A stretch of DNA of 63,938 bases, the filler included, from Octopus bimaculoides (lineage: Eukaryota), in NCBI RefSeq assembly GCF_001194135.2. It is 8 parts of 8 records of this genome, joined end to end, with 100 filler letters (N's around TTAATTAATTAA, not from the genome) between each part and the next. Parts side by side here need not be neighbours in the genome. Positions count along the whole stretch, not along the records: positions 27,684 to 41,267 come from NC_068986.1; positions 41,368 to 44,491 come from NC_068996.1; positions 44,592 to 53,617 come from NC_068982.1; 5 more parts are not named here. One strand, 5' to 3'. A program made the translations under genes and the position numbers. Positions 38,166 through 51,780 of the stretch are shown here, in pieces (position 1 is the first letter of the stretch; each line of letters opens with the position of its first letter). Below the pieces are notes generated by a model. It made no database searches, was not told where the DNA came from, and worked only from the letters and a program-made list of their open reading frames with translations.

Positions 38166-41100
38166 CACAAGACTGCAACAGTATTACCACGCTATGACAT
38201 ACACTGTACAATAACGCACCACCACCATCGCTGCACCTTCGCAGCCACCACCACCACAACCACCACCACCACTATCAGGACACCCGCACCGTCATCACCA
38301 CCATCATCATCATCCCCCCACAGCATCTTAAACACTGTATCACCACTACCACAACCATCTTCACCAATGCGACCATCCCTACCATCGTCAGCGCCAACAC
38401 AAACGCCACCACNNNNNNNNNNNNNNNNNNNNNNNNNNNNNNNNNNNNNNNNNNNNNNNNNNNNNNNNNNNNNNNNNNNNNNNNNNNNNNNNNNNNNNNN
38501 NNNNNNNNNNNNNNNNNNNNNNNNNNNNNNNNNNNNNNNNNNNNNNNNNNNNNNNNNNNNNNNNNNNNNNNNNNNNNNNNNNNNNNNNNNNNNNNNNNNN
38601 NNNNNNNNNNNNNNNNNNNNNNNNNNNNNNNNNNNNNNNNNNNNNNNNNNNNNNNNNNNNNNNNNNNNNNNNNNNNNNNNNNNNNNNNNNNNNNNNNNNN
38701 NNNNNNNNNNNNNNNNNNNNNNNNNNNNNNNNNNNNNNNNNNNNNNNNNNNNNNNNNNNNNNNNNNNNNNNNNNNNNNNNNNNNNNNNNNNNNNNNNNNN
38801 NNNNNNNNNNNNNNNNNNNNNNNNNNNNNNNNNNNNNNNNNNNNNNNNNNNNNNNNNNNNNNNNNNNNNNNNNNNNNNNNNNNNNNNNNNNNNNNNNNNN
38901 NNNNNNNNNNNNNNNNNNNNNNGTGTGTGTGCGTGTGTACGTGTGTATGTGTGCGTGTGTGCGTGTGTGCGTGTGGCTATGTGTTAGCGTGTGTGTGTGT
39001 GTGTGTCTTTGTGTTTGTATGCGGAGGGATTCGCGTGTGCATTTAACGTTATAACATAAGCGATAAATCGTTGATATCTGTAATAACGAGTAAAGAGCAG
39101 TATGAAGGACGAAGAGGAACAGGGGGATAGGTAGAGATTGGTGGGGGGGGGGAAGAAGGAGAAAAACAAGAAGAAGAAGAAGAAGAAGACGAAAGCAGGG
39201 AGATGAGGATGGGCGTACGGCCGGAAGGATGATAGGAATATATCTACATATATGCATATATACATCCATATATATATATACACACACACACACAAACACA
39301 CATATATATATATATATATCCATGCGTATATGTGAGAGAGGAAAGGTGGGGTAGCGCAGCGATAGCAAGAGAAATGGAAGTATAAAACGAGATAGATGAG
39401 GGTGGAGGAAGGGAAAGATGGTGTCGGAGATAGAAAGACGAGATGCAACGGTGCTGGCGACCAAAGTACGGCAAAGTACGCCAAAGAGGGCTTAAAGAGC
39501 GACAAACAAGAGATATACTGGAAATAGATTTGCAAAACGAATCAACAGTTAACCTCCGCCATATTCACAGATTACGAACCAAAAATTAGCATTTCAGATT
39601 GTTGATAATGATTCGCAACGTTTCGAAACACATACACGCTCATACACATATTCGCACGCACGATCGCACACACACAGTCGCACACATGCACGCACGCACA
39701 CTTGGTTACAGACACAGTAATGCTTGTGCATATATGCACAGATTACACGAGCATATACTCCGATACAAACATTTCTATACACATCAGTTTGTAGAAATAC
39801 AAACACATACTTATAGAAACACGAACACACACACGTATGCACACACATGTACGTTTGTGTATATTTGTATATATCTGTTTATGTGTGTGTGTGAGCATGT
39901 ATGTATATATATATATATATNNNNNNNNNNNNNNNNNNNNNNNNNNNNNNNNNNNNNNNNNNNNNNNNNNNNNNNNNNNNNNNNNNNNNNNNNNNNNNNN
40001 NNNNNNNNNNNNNNNNNNNNNNNNNNNNNNNNNNNNNNNNNNNNNNNNNNNNNNNNNNNNNNNNNNNNNNNNNNNNNNNNNNNNNNNNNNNNNNNNNNNN
40101 NNNNNNNNNNNNNNNNNNNNNNNNNNNNNNNNNNNNNNNNNNNNNNNNNNNNNNNNNNNNNNNNNNNNNNNNNNNNNNNNNNNNNNNNNNNNNNNNNNNN
40201 NNNNNNNNNNNNNNNNNNNNNNNNNNNNNNNNNNNNNNNNNNNNNNNNNNNNNNNNNNNNNNNNNNNNNNNNNNNNNNNNNNNNNNNNNNNNNNNNNNNN
40301 NNNNNNNNNNNNNNNNNNNNNNNNNNNNNNNNNNNNNNNNNNNNNNNNNNNNNNNNNNNNNNNNNNNNNNNNNNNNNNNNNNNNNNNNNNNNNNNNNNNN
40401 NNNNNNNNNNNNNNNNNNNNNNNNNNNNNNNNNNNNNNNNNNNNNNNNNNNNNNNNNNNNNNNNNNNNNNNNNNNNNNNNNNNNNNNNNNNNNNNNNNNN
40501 NNNNNATATATATATATATATATACATATATGTATACATATCTGTAAATATAAGTATATAATTATATAATATATAGATCTATCCGTCTATAAATATATAT
40601 ATATGTGTGTGTGTCCGTGTATATATATATATATATATATATACATACATATATATATATATATGTATGTATATATGTACGTACGTATGTACGTAATACA
40701 AAAGTACTGTGTATACACGATACAGACCATTCTGTTAATCCTCATCTAATGTTGTAACGTGAATCTATCCATCAAACAACTTGTGTTGTTGTCCAAGTGG
40801 CGTTCGTAAATATCATTGCTTGCATCTATGTATGTTTTGTCTACTTCTCTCTTCCCGCCTAGCCAAGCCCATTGTTTCATTTTCCCGCCTCCTATCGCCA
40901 TCTCTCTTTCCACAATCATTGCTTTCAATAATCTTTACGGTCCGACACCAAGCCGTCGTTATCTTTATTGTATTTATTATTGACTTAGTTTATTCCTCTG
41001 TATTTTTCTTTCTTTTCCTTACGTTTCCGTCCTTCATTCCGTCTTCGTTGTTGTTGTTGCTTTTTTATTATTTATATTTTTATACGTTTCTTTTTCTTTG

Positions 41101-41595
41101 TTTTTCCTTCTCGTTTCTTCTTTCCTTTTTTTCTCCCCTTATTTTTAGTATTTTTGTTTGCTTAAGTTGGTCTATTCAAATATAATGTCCAGTGAATATT
41201 GGCATAATATCACTGTTCTTATTGTACATAGACATACACACATATATGTATATATATATATATATATNNNNNNNNNNNNNNNNNNNNNNNNNNNNNNNNN
41301 NNNNNNNNNNNTTAATTAATTAANNNNNNNNNNNNNNNNNNNNNNNNNNNNNNNNNNNNNNNNNNNNCGTGTATGGATACAAAGACTTCACTGCAGAAAA
41401 AGAAAACAGGGAGCAAAATATATTCATGTGCCGGAAGTTTTGATTATGTCACAATGAATTTAACAACCCTGGTCGTCAAACCAAACTAATCATTGAAAGC
41501 GGTCAAAGCGTACATATACATACATGCATACACACAAACGCACACATGCGTAGACACAAACACAGACTTGTATATATATATATATATATATATAA

Positions 41596-41630
<35 letters not shown>

Positions 41631-42854
41631 TAAATAGATAGATAGATAGACAGACAGACAGTGCTGGATGTGTACATATATGTAATAACTGTAGCATAAG
41701 TGTTATATGCATACATATGCATACACATATATATGCCAATAAATATCCACTAATTATCTTTTTATTAAGTCAACAATATCGCAATATCTATCTATCAGTC
41801 TCTTTACCTGTCTGCTATTAAATGTATGTGTACATATTTATTTGTAGATGAGTGTTTATGCATGCACATATTGTTTCTGTATGAATGTGTGTTATGTATG
41901 TATGTATGTATGTATGTATTTATGTATGTATGTATGTATGTATGTATACACACACGTGCAGTATCTTCATCTATATGTACATACATATATACATGCAGAT
42001 GCACATACTGTTTTCTTTCTTTATTTCAGCAATATTTAATATGTGTACTTTGCATTGATCTTACGTTCACAAGAATCTGTTACAGTTTTCCTGATCTAAT
42101 ATATATTATATATTATAAGTTTTCTCTGTCAGCTTTTGCGATATAAATTATGTAGAGAAGAATCGCTAAACTTCTTGCATCCGTTTATACTTTCTAACTG
42201 TTTTTATTAATCCAGTTTTCCATATATAATTTTTCGCGGGAAAAATCAGTGATTCTCCTGATGTTTTTTCTCGGGCAATATTCCATTGTAGACGTATCAA
42301 AGAAAAATGAATAAAATATGAAATAATTACAACGCGTTCAGCTTGTCTAAATTACCTGAAAAACCATCAAAGATTTCGTCTTGTTATGTATTTTTGTGTT
42401 TTAAAATTTTCTCTTTAGTTTTCCTTTCATATTTTGTCTCTTTCTTTCTTATTTTTTGTTGGAAATTTACAAATCGCGAAGTTCTGTTGTTATTTCATGA
42501 ATTAGTGATTACTTAAAAGGAAGATTTGTAATTTTGTTGTACAAAAGTATATAAATAAATACAAATGAACACACACAGACACACATACGCACACAGGCAC
42601 ACACACACAAACACACACACATATACTTACATACATCATACATAAATATATTCATATATGTGTGTATGTATGTATGTATATATATATTTGTATATATATA
42701 TATATATATATATATNNNNNNNNNNNNNNNNNNNNNNNNNNNNNNNNNNNNNNNNNNNNNNNNNNNNNNNNNNNNNNNNNNNNNNNNNNNNNNNNNNNNN
42801 NNNNNNNNNNNNNNNNNNNNNNNNNNNNNNNNNNNNNNNNNNNNATATATATAA

Positions 42855-42913
<59 letters not shown>

Positions 42914-43390
42914 TGACAATAATATTCTCGATAAACAAATTGATATAAAAAACACGAAAATAAAGAATAGAGAGAAAAAGATAAGAAAGGGCGTAAAAAT
43001 AATACCAATAAGAAAATATGAGTGAAAAAAAGCTTGGAGGTAAGCAATATGGAAAATGACGTAGTAACCTAAATTTATAATTCATATTTATACATTTGAC
43101 AATGCCTCTTCAGAAAATTCTTAAAATAAGAATCAAATGGAAAATACAAATTAATACTAAAATAATATAATATATAAAAATAAAAACAAAACTTTCTCTC
43201 ATAAATATCTCTACTAAATAAATATATTCCACAATTGCTGGAAGATCCATATAAATGCACATAATGATAACAGAATACATATACATATGTGTGTGTGTTT
43301 ATGTGTGGTTGGATGTCTTCTTGTCTCTGAATGTGTGTGTCTACTTTTCTCTGAATATGTTTATAGATAGATGTGCATATAGATGTGCAT

Positions 43391-43459
<69 letters not shown>

Positions 43460-43599
43460 TATGTATATATATGCATATAAACGTATATATATATGTATAT
43501 TATATATATACACACATATAGTACATATGTGTGTATGTGTATTACACACACATACATTTAGGATCAATGCATATACGCATGTCTGTCTTGTTGACAATT

Positions 43600-43800
43600 A
43601 CGTAAAATTTAGAGTAAAGATTATTTGCCGACATAACATGCCAGCCCTGGCTAAGGACGAATGTTGCTGCAATTTAGCCCTAGGAAACATCGTCTCCAGC
43701 TGGCTATACGACATGATCTGTGTCCTTATGTTTTCGAACAAGGGAATCTAGCACTCCCACTCAGCTGAAAACAACATCTGTGTATCGCGATTTCCGAGTT
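43600..43800. mobile_element. Unclassified interspersed repeat fragment
   Basis: ctggctaaggacgaatgttgctgcaatttagccctaggaaacatcgtctccagctgg recognised from memory as octopus-repeat-like; single copy here. Confidence 0.3.
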
Positions 43801-44452
43801 ATTTCCTTTTATCCGCACAGAATAATTGTTCGGCAAGAGGTGACGCTGCCAAATTCCCATTCGGAATATACAGTTTTCAAAGTGACAACTAGTCACTGAT
43901 CAATAAATTAGAAAATTACTATTTACAAATCTCATAACGAGAGATATTCAGCAACAGTACTTTGGAGTAAAGATTATTTGCCAACACAACATGTAATCTT
44001 TAAGTTGAATTTGCGAGTCATATGATTGACAGACTTAGGCAATAAATTACATATGCAGACCACGTTTCACTCCATTTCCGTTTAACCATGTTCATTCAGA
44101 AAGCTAGATTTGAAGCGAAATTTACTGCTGTGTTACCCCATTTGCATATATGCATATGTTAAATATTTATGTGCATGTATATGTTTGTGGACATTATATG
44201 CATGCGTGTGTATATGCATATATATGTGTATGTGTCTGTGTGTGCATGAATATTTTCCGACTATTCTTTTTCTTCTCTTCGGACTTTCCTCTCTACTCTT
44301 TCTGACGAAGATCCATACTCGAAACGTCTCACCCCTCTCTTTTCCATCTTAAACCGAGCGTCAACATAATACATTTACATATATCCTTTTCATTGTTGTT
44401 GTTTCTGTTTTTGATTTTTTATTTGCACGTAAGCAATATGGAAAATGACGTA

Positions 44453-44491
<39 letters not shown>

Positions 44492-44591
44492 NNNNNNNNN
44501 NNNNNNNNNNNNNNNNNNNNNNNNNNNNNNNNNNNTTAATTAATTAANNNNNNNNNNNNNNNNNNNNNNNNNNNNNNNNNNNNNNNNNNNN

Positions 44592-44678
44592 CACCAACAA
44601 CAACAACACCACAACGCCTCCTCCTACCACAACCACCAGTCTAACAAAACCACCACCACCACCACCACTACCACCACC

Positions 44679-44722
<44 letters not shown>

Positions 44723-44884
44723 AACTACTACTACTACTACTACTACCACGACCACAACGCCGCCACCTACCACAACTATAGCCTAACAAAACCACCACTA
44801 CTATTATTATTACTACTATTACTACCACCACCACCGCCACCACCATAACGCCTTCTCCTACCACAACCAGCAGCCTAACGAAAT

Positions 44885-44938
<54 letters not shown>

Positions 44939-44969
44939 CACAACCACCAGCCTAACAAACCCTACCACC

Positions 44970-45038
<69 letters not shown>

Positions 45039-45060
45039 GTTGCTGATACTACTGCCACTT
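44592..45060. repeat. Higher-order repeat: about 30-bp motif x4 interleaved with (CTA)n/(CCA)n
   Basis: ctaccacaacc(a/t)...(g)cctaac(a/g)aaa near 44625, 44768, 44858 and 44935. Confidence 0.8.
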
Positions 45061-45889
45061 CACCTTTTCGTCTTTTTCTTCTTTTGCCGTCTTCTTCACC
45101 ACTCAGTTACTTTCCTCAAACGATACCCGTTGGTATCATCAACATGCACGTCATGTTGATTATCTTCAGTTTATCGTACGATGATGATGATGATGATGAT
45201 TATCATCATCATCATCATCATCATCATCTCCATGAAGTGTTCGTCGCCGTTCTTATCGCTATCATCACCATTGTCGTGGTTGCCGTCATGGTCGTCGTGT
45301 TACTGATGTCTTCAGGAAGTCACTTAAATTTACCAATCTATATAAAGTTGATTCGAGAAATCCTTTACGTTTTAACGTTTCCGTTGTTTTCAATAATCTA
45401 ATTTTCACCGCCTTTCTATATACCATCGCAGGAAAATGTGTGCAGATATGTGTACATACATACATTTATCAATATACATATATATAATGTTTACACACAC
45501 ACACACACACATACACACACACACACACACGCACACACATGCACAAATGTATGCCTAGATACATACGATGTGTATATGCGTGTATATGCGTGTATATGCG
45601 TATATGCATGGATAGAAATATATCTTTACATATCTAAACGTCATAGGCGCACTAACACAAATATATCTAAGGAATATTTAAGGTTAAGCTTATCGGTGTT
45701 GTGTAGAGAATGTTTTGTTTCTTCTTCCCCACAAATCCGGAAGCAGTTGTTCAAAATGGAGGCGTCTACTTCCTGTATGCTTAGAATCTCGTCACCATTT
45801 GGAAAATTTTTATTGATTGCATATTTTCGAATTGTTTAGAATGTTGAAAAATATCTTTTTTTTTTTTATATAAGAAAAAGATATTTATA

Positions 45890-45924
<35 letters not shown>

Positions 45925-45940
45925 CATCATCATTATTATT

Positions 45941-46146
45941 GCGGTGAACTGGCAGAACCGCTTACACGCCGGGCGAAATGCTTAGCAGCATTTCATCCGT
46001 CTTCAGGTTCTCAGATCAAATTCGGCCGAGGTCAACGTTGCCTTTCATCCTTTCGAGTTCGATAAAATAAGTACCAGTTGAGTACCAGCGTCGATACAAT
46101 CGACTTACTCCCTCCCGAAATTGCTGGCCTTGTGCCAAAATTTGAA
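45941..46146 (+). mobile_element. SINE family B
   Basis: gcggtgaactggcagaaccg...gaaatgcttagc...gcctttcatcctttcg...ggccttgtgccaaaatttgaaa, flanked by (ATT)n. Confidence 0.85.
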
Positions 46147-46202
<56 letters not shown>

Positions 46203-47693
46203 TGCGTTGCTGTACACTGCATCGGGAACATTATGATCCTTTCACAATTTCAATCTCCTTCCCTTTGGTCTTTCAGACTTTCCCTTTCTCCGCCCCTACA
46301 GTATTTCTATCCTCGTTGGCGTTGCTGCTATTTCACTTTACTTAACGCCCCTTTCCATGCTTCCATAGGAAAAAAAAAAGCATGAAGTTCACAACAATGG
46401 GTGATTAAGCCCTTATTCATTTCAGCGAAAAAGTGATTCAAGTTGTTTCTTTTTAATTTTAATATTTTATGTGTATCTCCTTTATTTTCGATCAAAACAT
46501 TTCAGTAACTTAGTTGAAGCAAAGTGAAACCAAATATTGAACCTCGCTACTGCTGCAACGGAGATCACCTCTACTCCACTGCCTAATCATCCATTGAACT
46601 GAATCAAAACAATCAACTTCTCCATGTGGACAACAATTGATATAAGCTATAATGATAAAGTTTTGGGGTTTCCTGGCTCAAAGTTCCCGATTTTCAAATC
46701 AAGTTATATTTAAATTCCTACGTAGATTTTGCTTTACTTTATCCTGCTATCATGCAGGGAGTATGAATCAGTTCCAGGAATGTTATTAGCGATTTTTTTT
46801 TACTATTATTATTATTCTATTGAGAGGCAAATCTGTCTCTCACATACATTTAGTTCAGAGACAAACCTGCTTTTATAAGAACATTTTAAACTCATCACAT
46901 TTAAAATGTCTTCCGCCTGTATCTATAATGTCTGCGTAGTTCTTCCTATTATATCATTTTATGCATTTCCCCCTTCTTTTTTTTTTTGTTTTTCTTTTCC
47001 TCTCTTACATATCGGTGTATCGCAATGTTTCTGTTAAATGTTAGGAAAATATTCAACATCTCTGGAAATAATAGCTTTGTAATAATTTGTTTGGTTGACA
47101 TGGAAGAAACGAAGAAATTGATTCAGTGCAAAACGACGGAATATTTCTTTTATTTCTTTTTTATTGTTATATTTTCATTTCGTTTTATTTCACTTTCAAA
47201 GCATTATTCAGACAAAATTAGCAGGAATCTAGCGAGAAATTTCAGTTGATTTCCTTTTTAACAAACATCTTATTCTACTCAATGTGTCGCTTTTCAAACT
47301 GTCTTTAAGTCAACGTCGCTGCCAGTTCTAAACATATATTCCTGTCATTCTTTCTCTTACTCTCTTATCGATTATTGAGATGCTGTCTTTTTACGTAAAT
47401 AAACCATCGTATACACACACAAATCTCAACGCACACGGCATTCACACATAATCACATATTTCACCACTTCTACCTTTCATTTGAAACATTTAACAACACA
47501 CACCATACCTCTCTCTCTCTCCCTCACTCCCTCACTCCCTCTCTACATGTGTGTGAATGACGGACAGACAGACCGACAGAGCGGTTCGCTTTGTTTGGCT
47601 GTCGGGCTATCTGGCTGCCTGCCCGCCTGCTTATTTGTTTTTTATGTATTTCCTTGTTTAGCCATGTAGCTACTACTACTACTACTACTACTA

Positions 47694-47738
<45 letters not shown>

Positions 47739-48080
47739 ATATATATATATATATATATATATCTACTCACCTACCTATTTATTTGTCTATCTATCTACTC
47801 ACCTACCTATCTATTTGTCTATATATATATTTCTGTCTATTTATCGTTCTATCTACCTGTCTGCTCTCTTTCTCTTTCTTCTTCTCTCCCTTTATCTCCC
47901 TTCGGATAACCTCGCCTTTCCTCTTTCTTCATTACTTTTATTTTTTTACGGTACTTTTACCACGAACACATCTTTCTCCCTTGCTGTACGCACATACGCA
48001 CGAACACTCGTATGTATGTATGTATGTATGTATGTATGTATGTATGTATGTATGTATGTATTTCTCCGTATGTGCAAATT

Positions 48081-48140
<60 letters not shown>

Positions 48141-49559
48141 TATGCGTTTGTATGTTAATAATGTCTGGTTGTTTCTGCCCATATCGATCTATCTCACTGT
48201 CGTTTTGTATTTCTTTACCTCTCTCTAACTTCCTTTATGTTTGGTCTTCTCTCTCTCTCCTCTGTCTCTCACTCACTCTTTCTCCCTCCACCTCTCTCTC
48301 TGTGGTATCTCTGTTTCTGCTTATCACTTTCCTTTTCTTCATCGCTTTCAATAATTTCGAGACACTAACGAACGCCATTCGCCATTCAAAACGACATTGT
48401 CACAACTGCCATTTTAGGAAAATCTAAATCATTGTTAATACAGCTTACATAGATCCACAACACAATGCTTGCTTATGTTTGTAATAATGGTTCATAATTG
48501 TATTGCTAAATAGAAAACTGATAGCTCTATCGTTTTCCTATACAGCCATTCGGTCTTTTCATTCTTGCTTTTGTCTCTCCGCCTGTTCTTTCATCTGAAT
48601 TTTGCTGCACCTATTTCTCATCCCCTCACACATATGTACACCCGTACACTGTCACACACGCATACACACACACACACACACACACACACATTATTATATA
48701 TCATTATATATATATATATGTTCATACATGTATATATATATATTTTGTCTTGTATTTCCTCGTGTTAATTTTTCTCTTTAATGCTTTACTTCTAGCTGTT
48801 TTACTTTTTTCTTGTATCACTCACTCACTCGCTCAAATAATCAATCACTATTTCTCTGTCTCTCTGTCTCTCTCTGTCTCTCTCTGTCTCTCTCTGTCTC
48901 TCTTTCTCTCTCATACAATATCACTCATTCTCACCACCCCCATTCTCTCTCTCCCTAATCTCCGTTTGCCTTCTTTTATCGACGGATATCTCCTTTTGTC
49001 CCGCTACTAAATATCTCTTCTCCATTCTACTTCTTGCCTTCCTCTTAATACACAATTTTCTCGTTGAGGTATGTATATGTCGAATAATATAAGGTTTGCT
49101 TCACGATGACAATAAACAACAAGATTAGCTGTGTATCTAATAGTGATTATTATTTTGTCGTTTACAGGCGACAACCACGTATGTATATGCAAGTCTATGT
49201 GCGAGCGCGCGTGTGTGGGTGTGTTAGAGATGAACACATACTCACATATGTACGATACATATATATATATATCTATGATAGTTGTCTATGTGTGTATGTA
49301 AGCTTCTTATTGAATATTTGCACCGATCTGCCTTAGATAGCATCTAACAATTGTTAGCTGATTCTACGCTACTATAATATTTAGTTAGTTATCATTTGTG
49401 ATGTTTTGATCAACGAATCCGATTCAATGGTAATGTGTGTGTGTTTTACTTTCCATTTTTTTTTTGTATATAATTCTATATTTTTAGTGTGTTTTGTTAT
49501 GATGTTGCTTTTTTTTGCCTTGTATGGGTGTACTAAAGTTTTCTTGTATGCCTGTACTA

Positions 49560-50460
49560 AATTATGATTGCTCATTCTTTGATATTGAATATCAATAGCC
49601 GTTTCAAAGCACCGAGGTAAACGAAGACTTTTCAAAACCAAAACGACGCATTGTAGAAAGAATGTAATGAAAAGAGTGAGGCAAATTTCTCAAAACACCA
49701 TTAAGTACATGAATTTTATTATATTTATTCATGCTAACCAACAGTCTAGTTTAACATTACTACAAGTCAACGAGGAAATTAGGTTGACAGAAACTGCATA
49801 ACAGCCCACCACACACACATATATATACGTCTACACACAAAAAAACACACAAAAACACACATGTACATATGCAGTGCATGAGAAAAGGCGAATACAAATG
49901 TGGAATAGTCATCAAGTCGTGCTCAATGAGACCAAATTCTTAATTTCTATCTCCTTAATCAGAATGAGGTAGTCCGGAAGTAGAAATGTCGTCTACAAGG
50001 ACTAATAACAAGAATATACCAAAGAGAAGCGATGGAAAGCACATATATAGGCACTGATAGGAAAAATGTTGATACATTTTACAAGATGTAAGAAGGCCTT
50101 GTCGTTACAGCCGTTTCGAATGATCAGTGAGCAGTTGATGTATAAAACATGATATAGACAAGAGAGATACTGAGACAAATTACGAATTAACAAATAAGCA
50201 GAATTAGTATCAACCTGCAGAAAACTTAACACCTGAGTATTCTCGTTCTCTAACATTATGGGAACATCTACTCTGCTTGCAACTTACACAGATCATCTCA
50301 AAACCAAAATTGTATCCTCTGATATCTCCAGGCCTATCGTTAAGGCTGCAATACTGTACCAAAGAAATGGAGTAGCGTGTAAAATAGGCTAGCGAGAATC
50401 CGTAGAAATTTTACAAAAGAATGGAGACTCTCTCTTTTACAAATTCTGAGACGTATTTTC
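49560..50460 (-). mobile_element. Possible Penelope-like RT remnant
   Basis: Minus strand LENENTQVLSFLQV resembles the PLE FTxExExxxxLxFLDV motif; otherwise heavily decayed. Confidence 0.25.
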
Positions 50461-51100
50461 TGCCAACATAAAATTTTCAAATCTCTTTTCTTTGAGAACA
50501 GGTCGATTGACTCAAATCGACTAAGGTGAGTCTTAGTGTTTAAATATCACCTTTCGTCGTTCCTTCTACTTTTCCATCTAAGCTGTGTTTTATTCTCAAC
50601 TACAAAATTTGGTTACTTTTACGCCCTCCTGTCATTTAAGCTGTATCTTGAAATATATTATTCTTAAGATTTTGCTATTCGACTCGAATATCAGACACCA
50701 TCCTTGTTTCTCTTCTCTATCACTGTTTTTTTTTTCTTTTCTCTTCTTGTTGACGTCAGAAGAACTTAGAAATTTTTTGTCCAACGCTTGTTTCTGTTGC
50801 ATAGCTATTTATCAATTGCATGTGCATCCATTTACTTTCGACTGGTTATTAATCTATGCTACTTTATCCAAGGTCCATCCACTGATGTGGTCTAAAGCGA
50901 ACTAAGTGAGCCTATGTTTAGCTAGTATTGTATTTGACAAGTGACTATCGTTTTTGACAGCAAACAGTGTGAAAGAAATATTTGGTAACTTGATACGGAC
51001 ATAAAAAAAAACATGTATATGTGTAACCCATATACTAGATATATAAACAGGGCTAAATTAAATATTTCCTAGTAGATTATATTGCAAAAATGGTAAAAAT

Positions 51101-51143
51101 CCTTGATCGATTTTCAGTCTTATCGGATTCTCATCAGAGACGT
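51101..51143 (-). ncRNA. Decayed hammerhead-like motif
   Basis: Minus strand gtct-CTGATGA-gaatccgataagact-GAAA-atcgat-c-aagg; stem II and stem I imperfect. Confidence 0.35.
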
Positions 51144-51479
51144 AAAGCTTAGTATGTAATGCGATGCCTTAAGGTAATCCATTCAGACTGAATCCAGTTC
51201 CAGTCTGTTCCACTTTGAACATCATTCACTCGGGCCGTTTAGTAAAAAATTGTGTGGGTGGCAGTTAATTCTGCTTGCCTATTTATTTTTCGCAATGTAT
51301 TTACATTACGTATGATACATGGCTATTTTACACTAATAGTGGTCATACTGCATATCACGAAACATTTCTATTTATATGTATTTTAGTAGCTATGTCTCTA
51401 TCTATCTGTCTACCTATTTGTCATTCCAACCGTCTGTCTGTCCCTCTTTTGTATATATATATATATATATATATAAATA

Positions 51480-51630
51480 TGACAGACTTCTTTTAGTCTC
51501 CGACTACGAAATCCACTCGTAAGGGCATGTTTGGCACGGGGCTATGATACAAGACAGTTAGCCAATATGGTACAGGGTGGAACTAAATACGAAACCATGT
51601 GGCTAGGAAAGAAACATCTTACCACCATAT
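51480..51630 (-). mobile_element. Decayed SINE family A 5' fragment
   Basis: gacagacttcttttagtctccgactacgaaatccactcgtaagg...gaaaccatgtggctagg...cttaccac. Confidence 0.6.
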
Positions 51631-51738
51631 CCATATCCATTCAAAATAGTAATATCTATTCATCTATATGTGTGTGTGTGTGTTTATAATATATGGTTTA
51701 ATTATAAACAGCAAATTTTAGCCATTTCTCTGCAGACT

Positions 51739-51780
51739 GAAAATCGATTTTCGAACCTTATTGGGTTCTCATCAGAGGCG
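51739..51780 (-). ncRNA. Hammerhead-like motif with perfect stem II but broken stem I
   Basis: Minus strand cgcct-CTGATGA-GAACC-caataa-GGTTC-GAAA-ATCGATTTTC; 14-bp palindrome GAAAATCGATTTTC. Confidence 0.4.

Noticed and set aside
45730-45775. ETS (CCGGAAG) plus YY1-like (AAAATGGAGG) motifs
   Set aside because: Two short motifs are expected by chance in 64 kb and there is no CpG island around them
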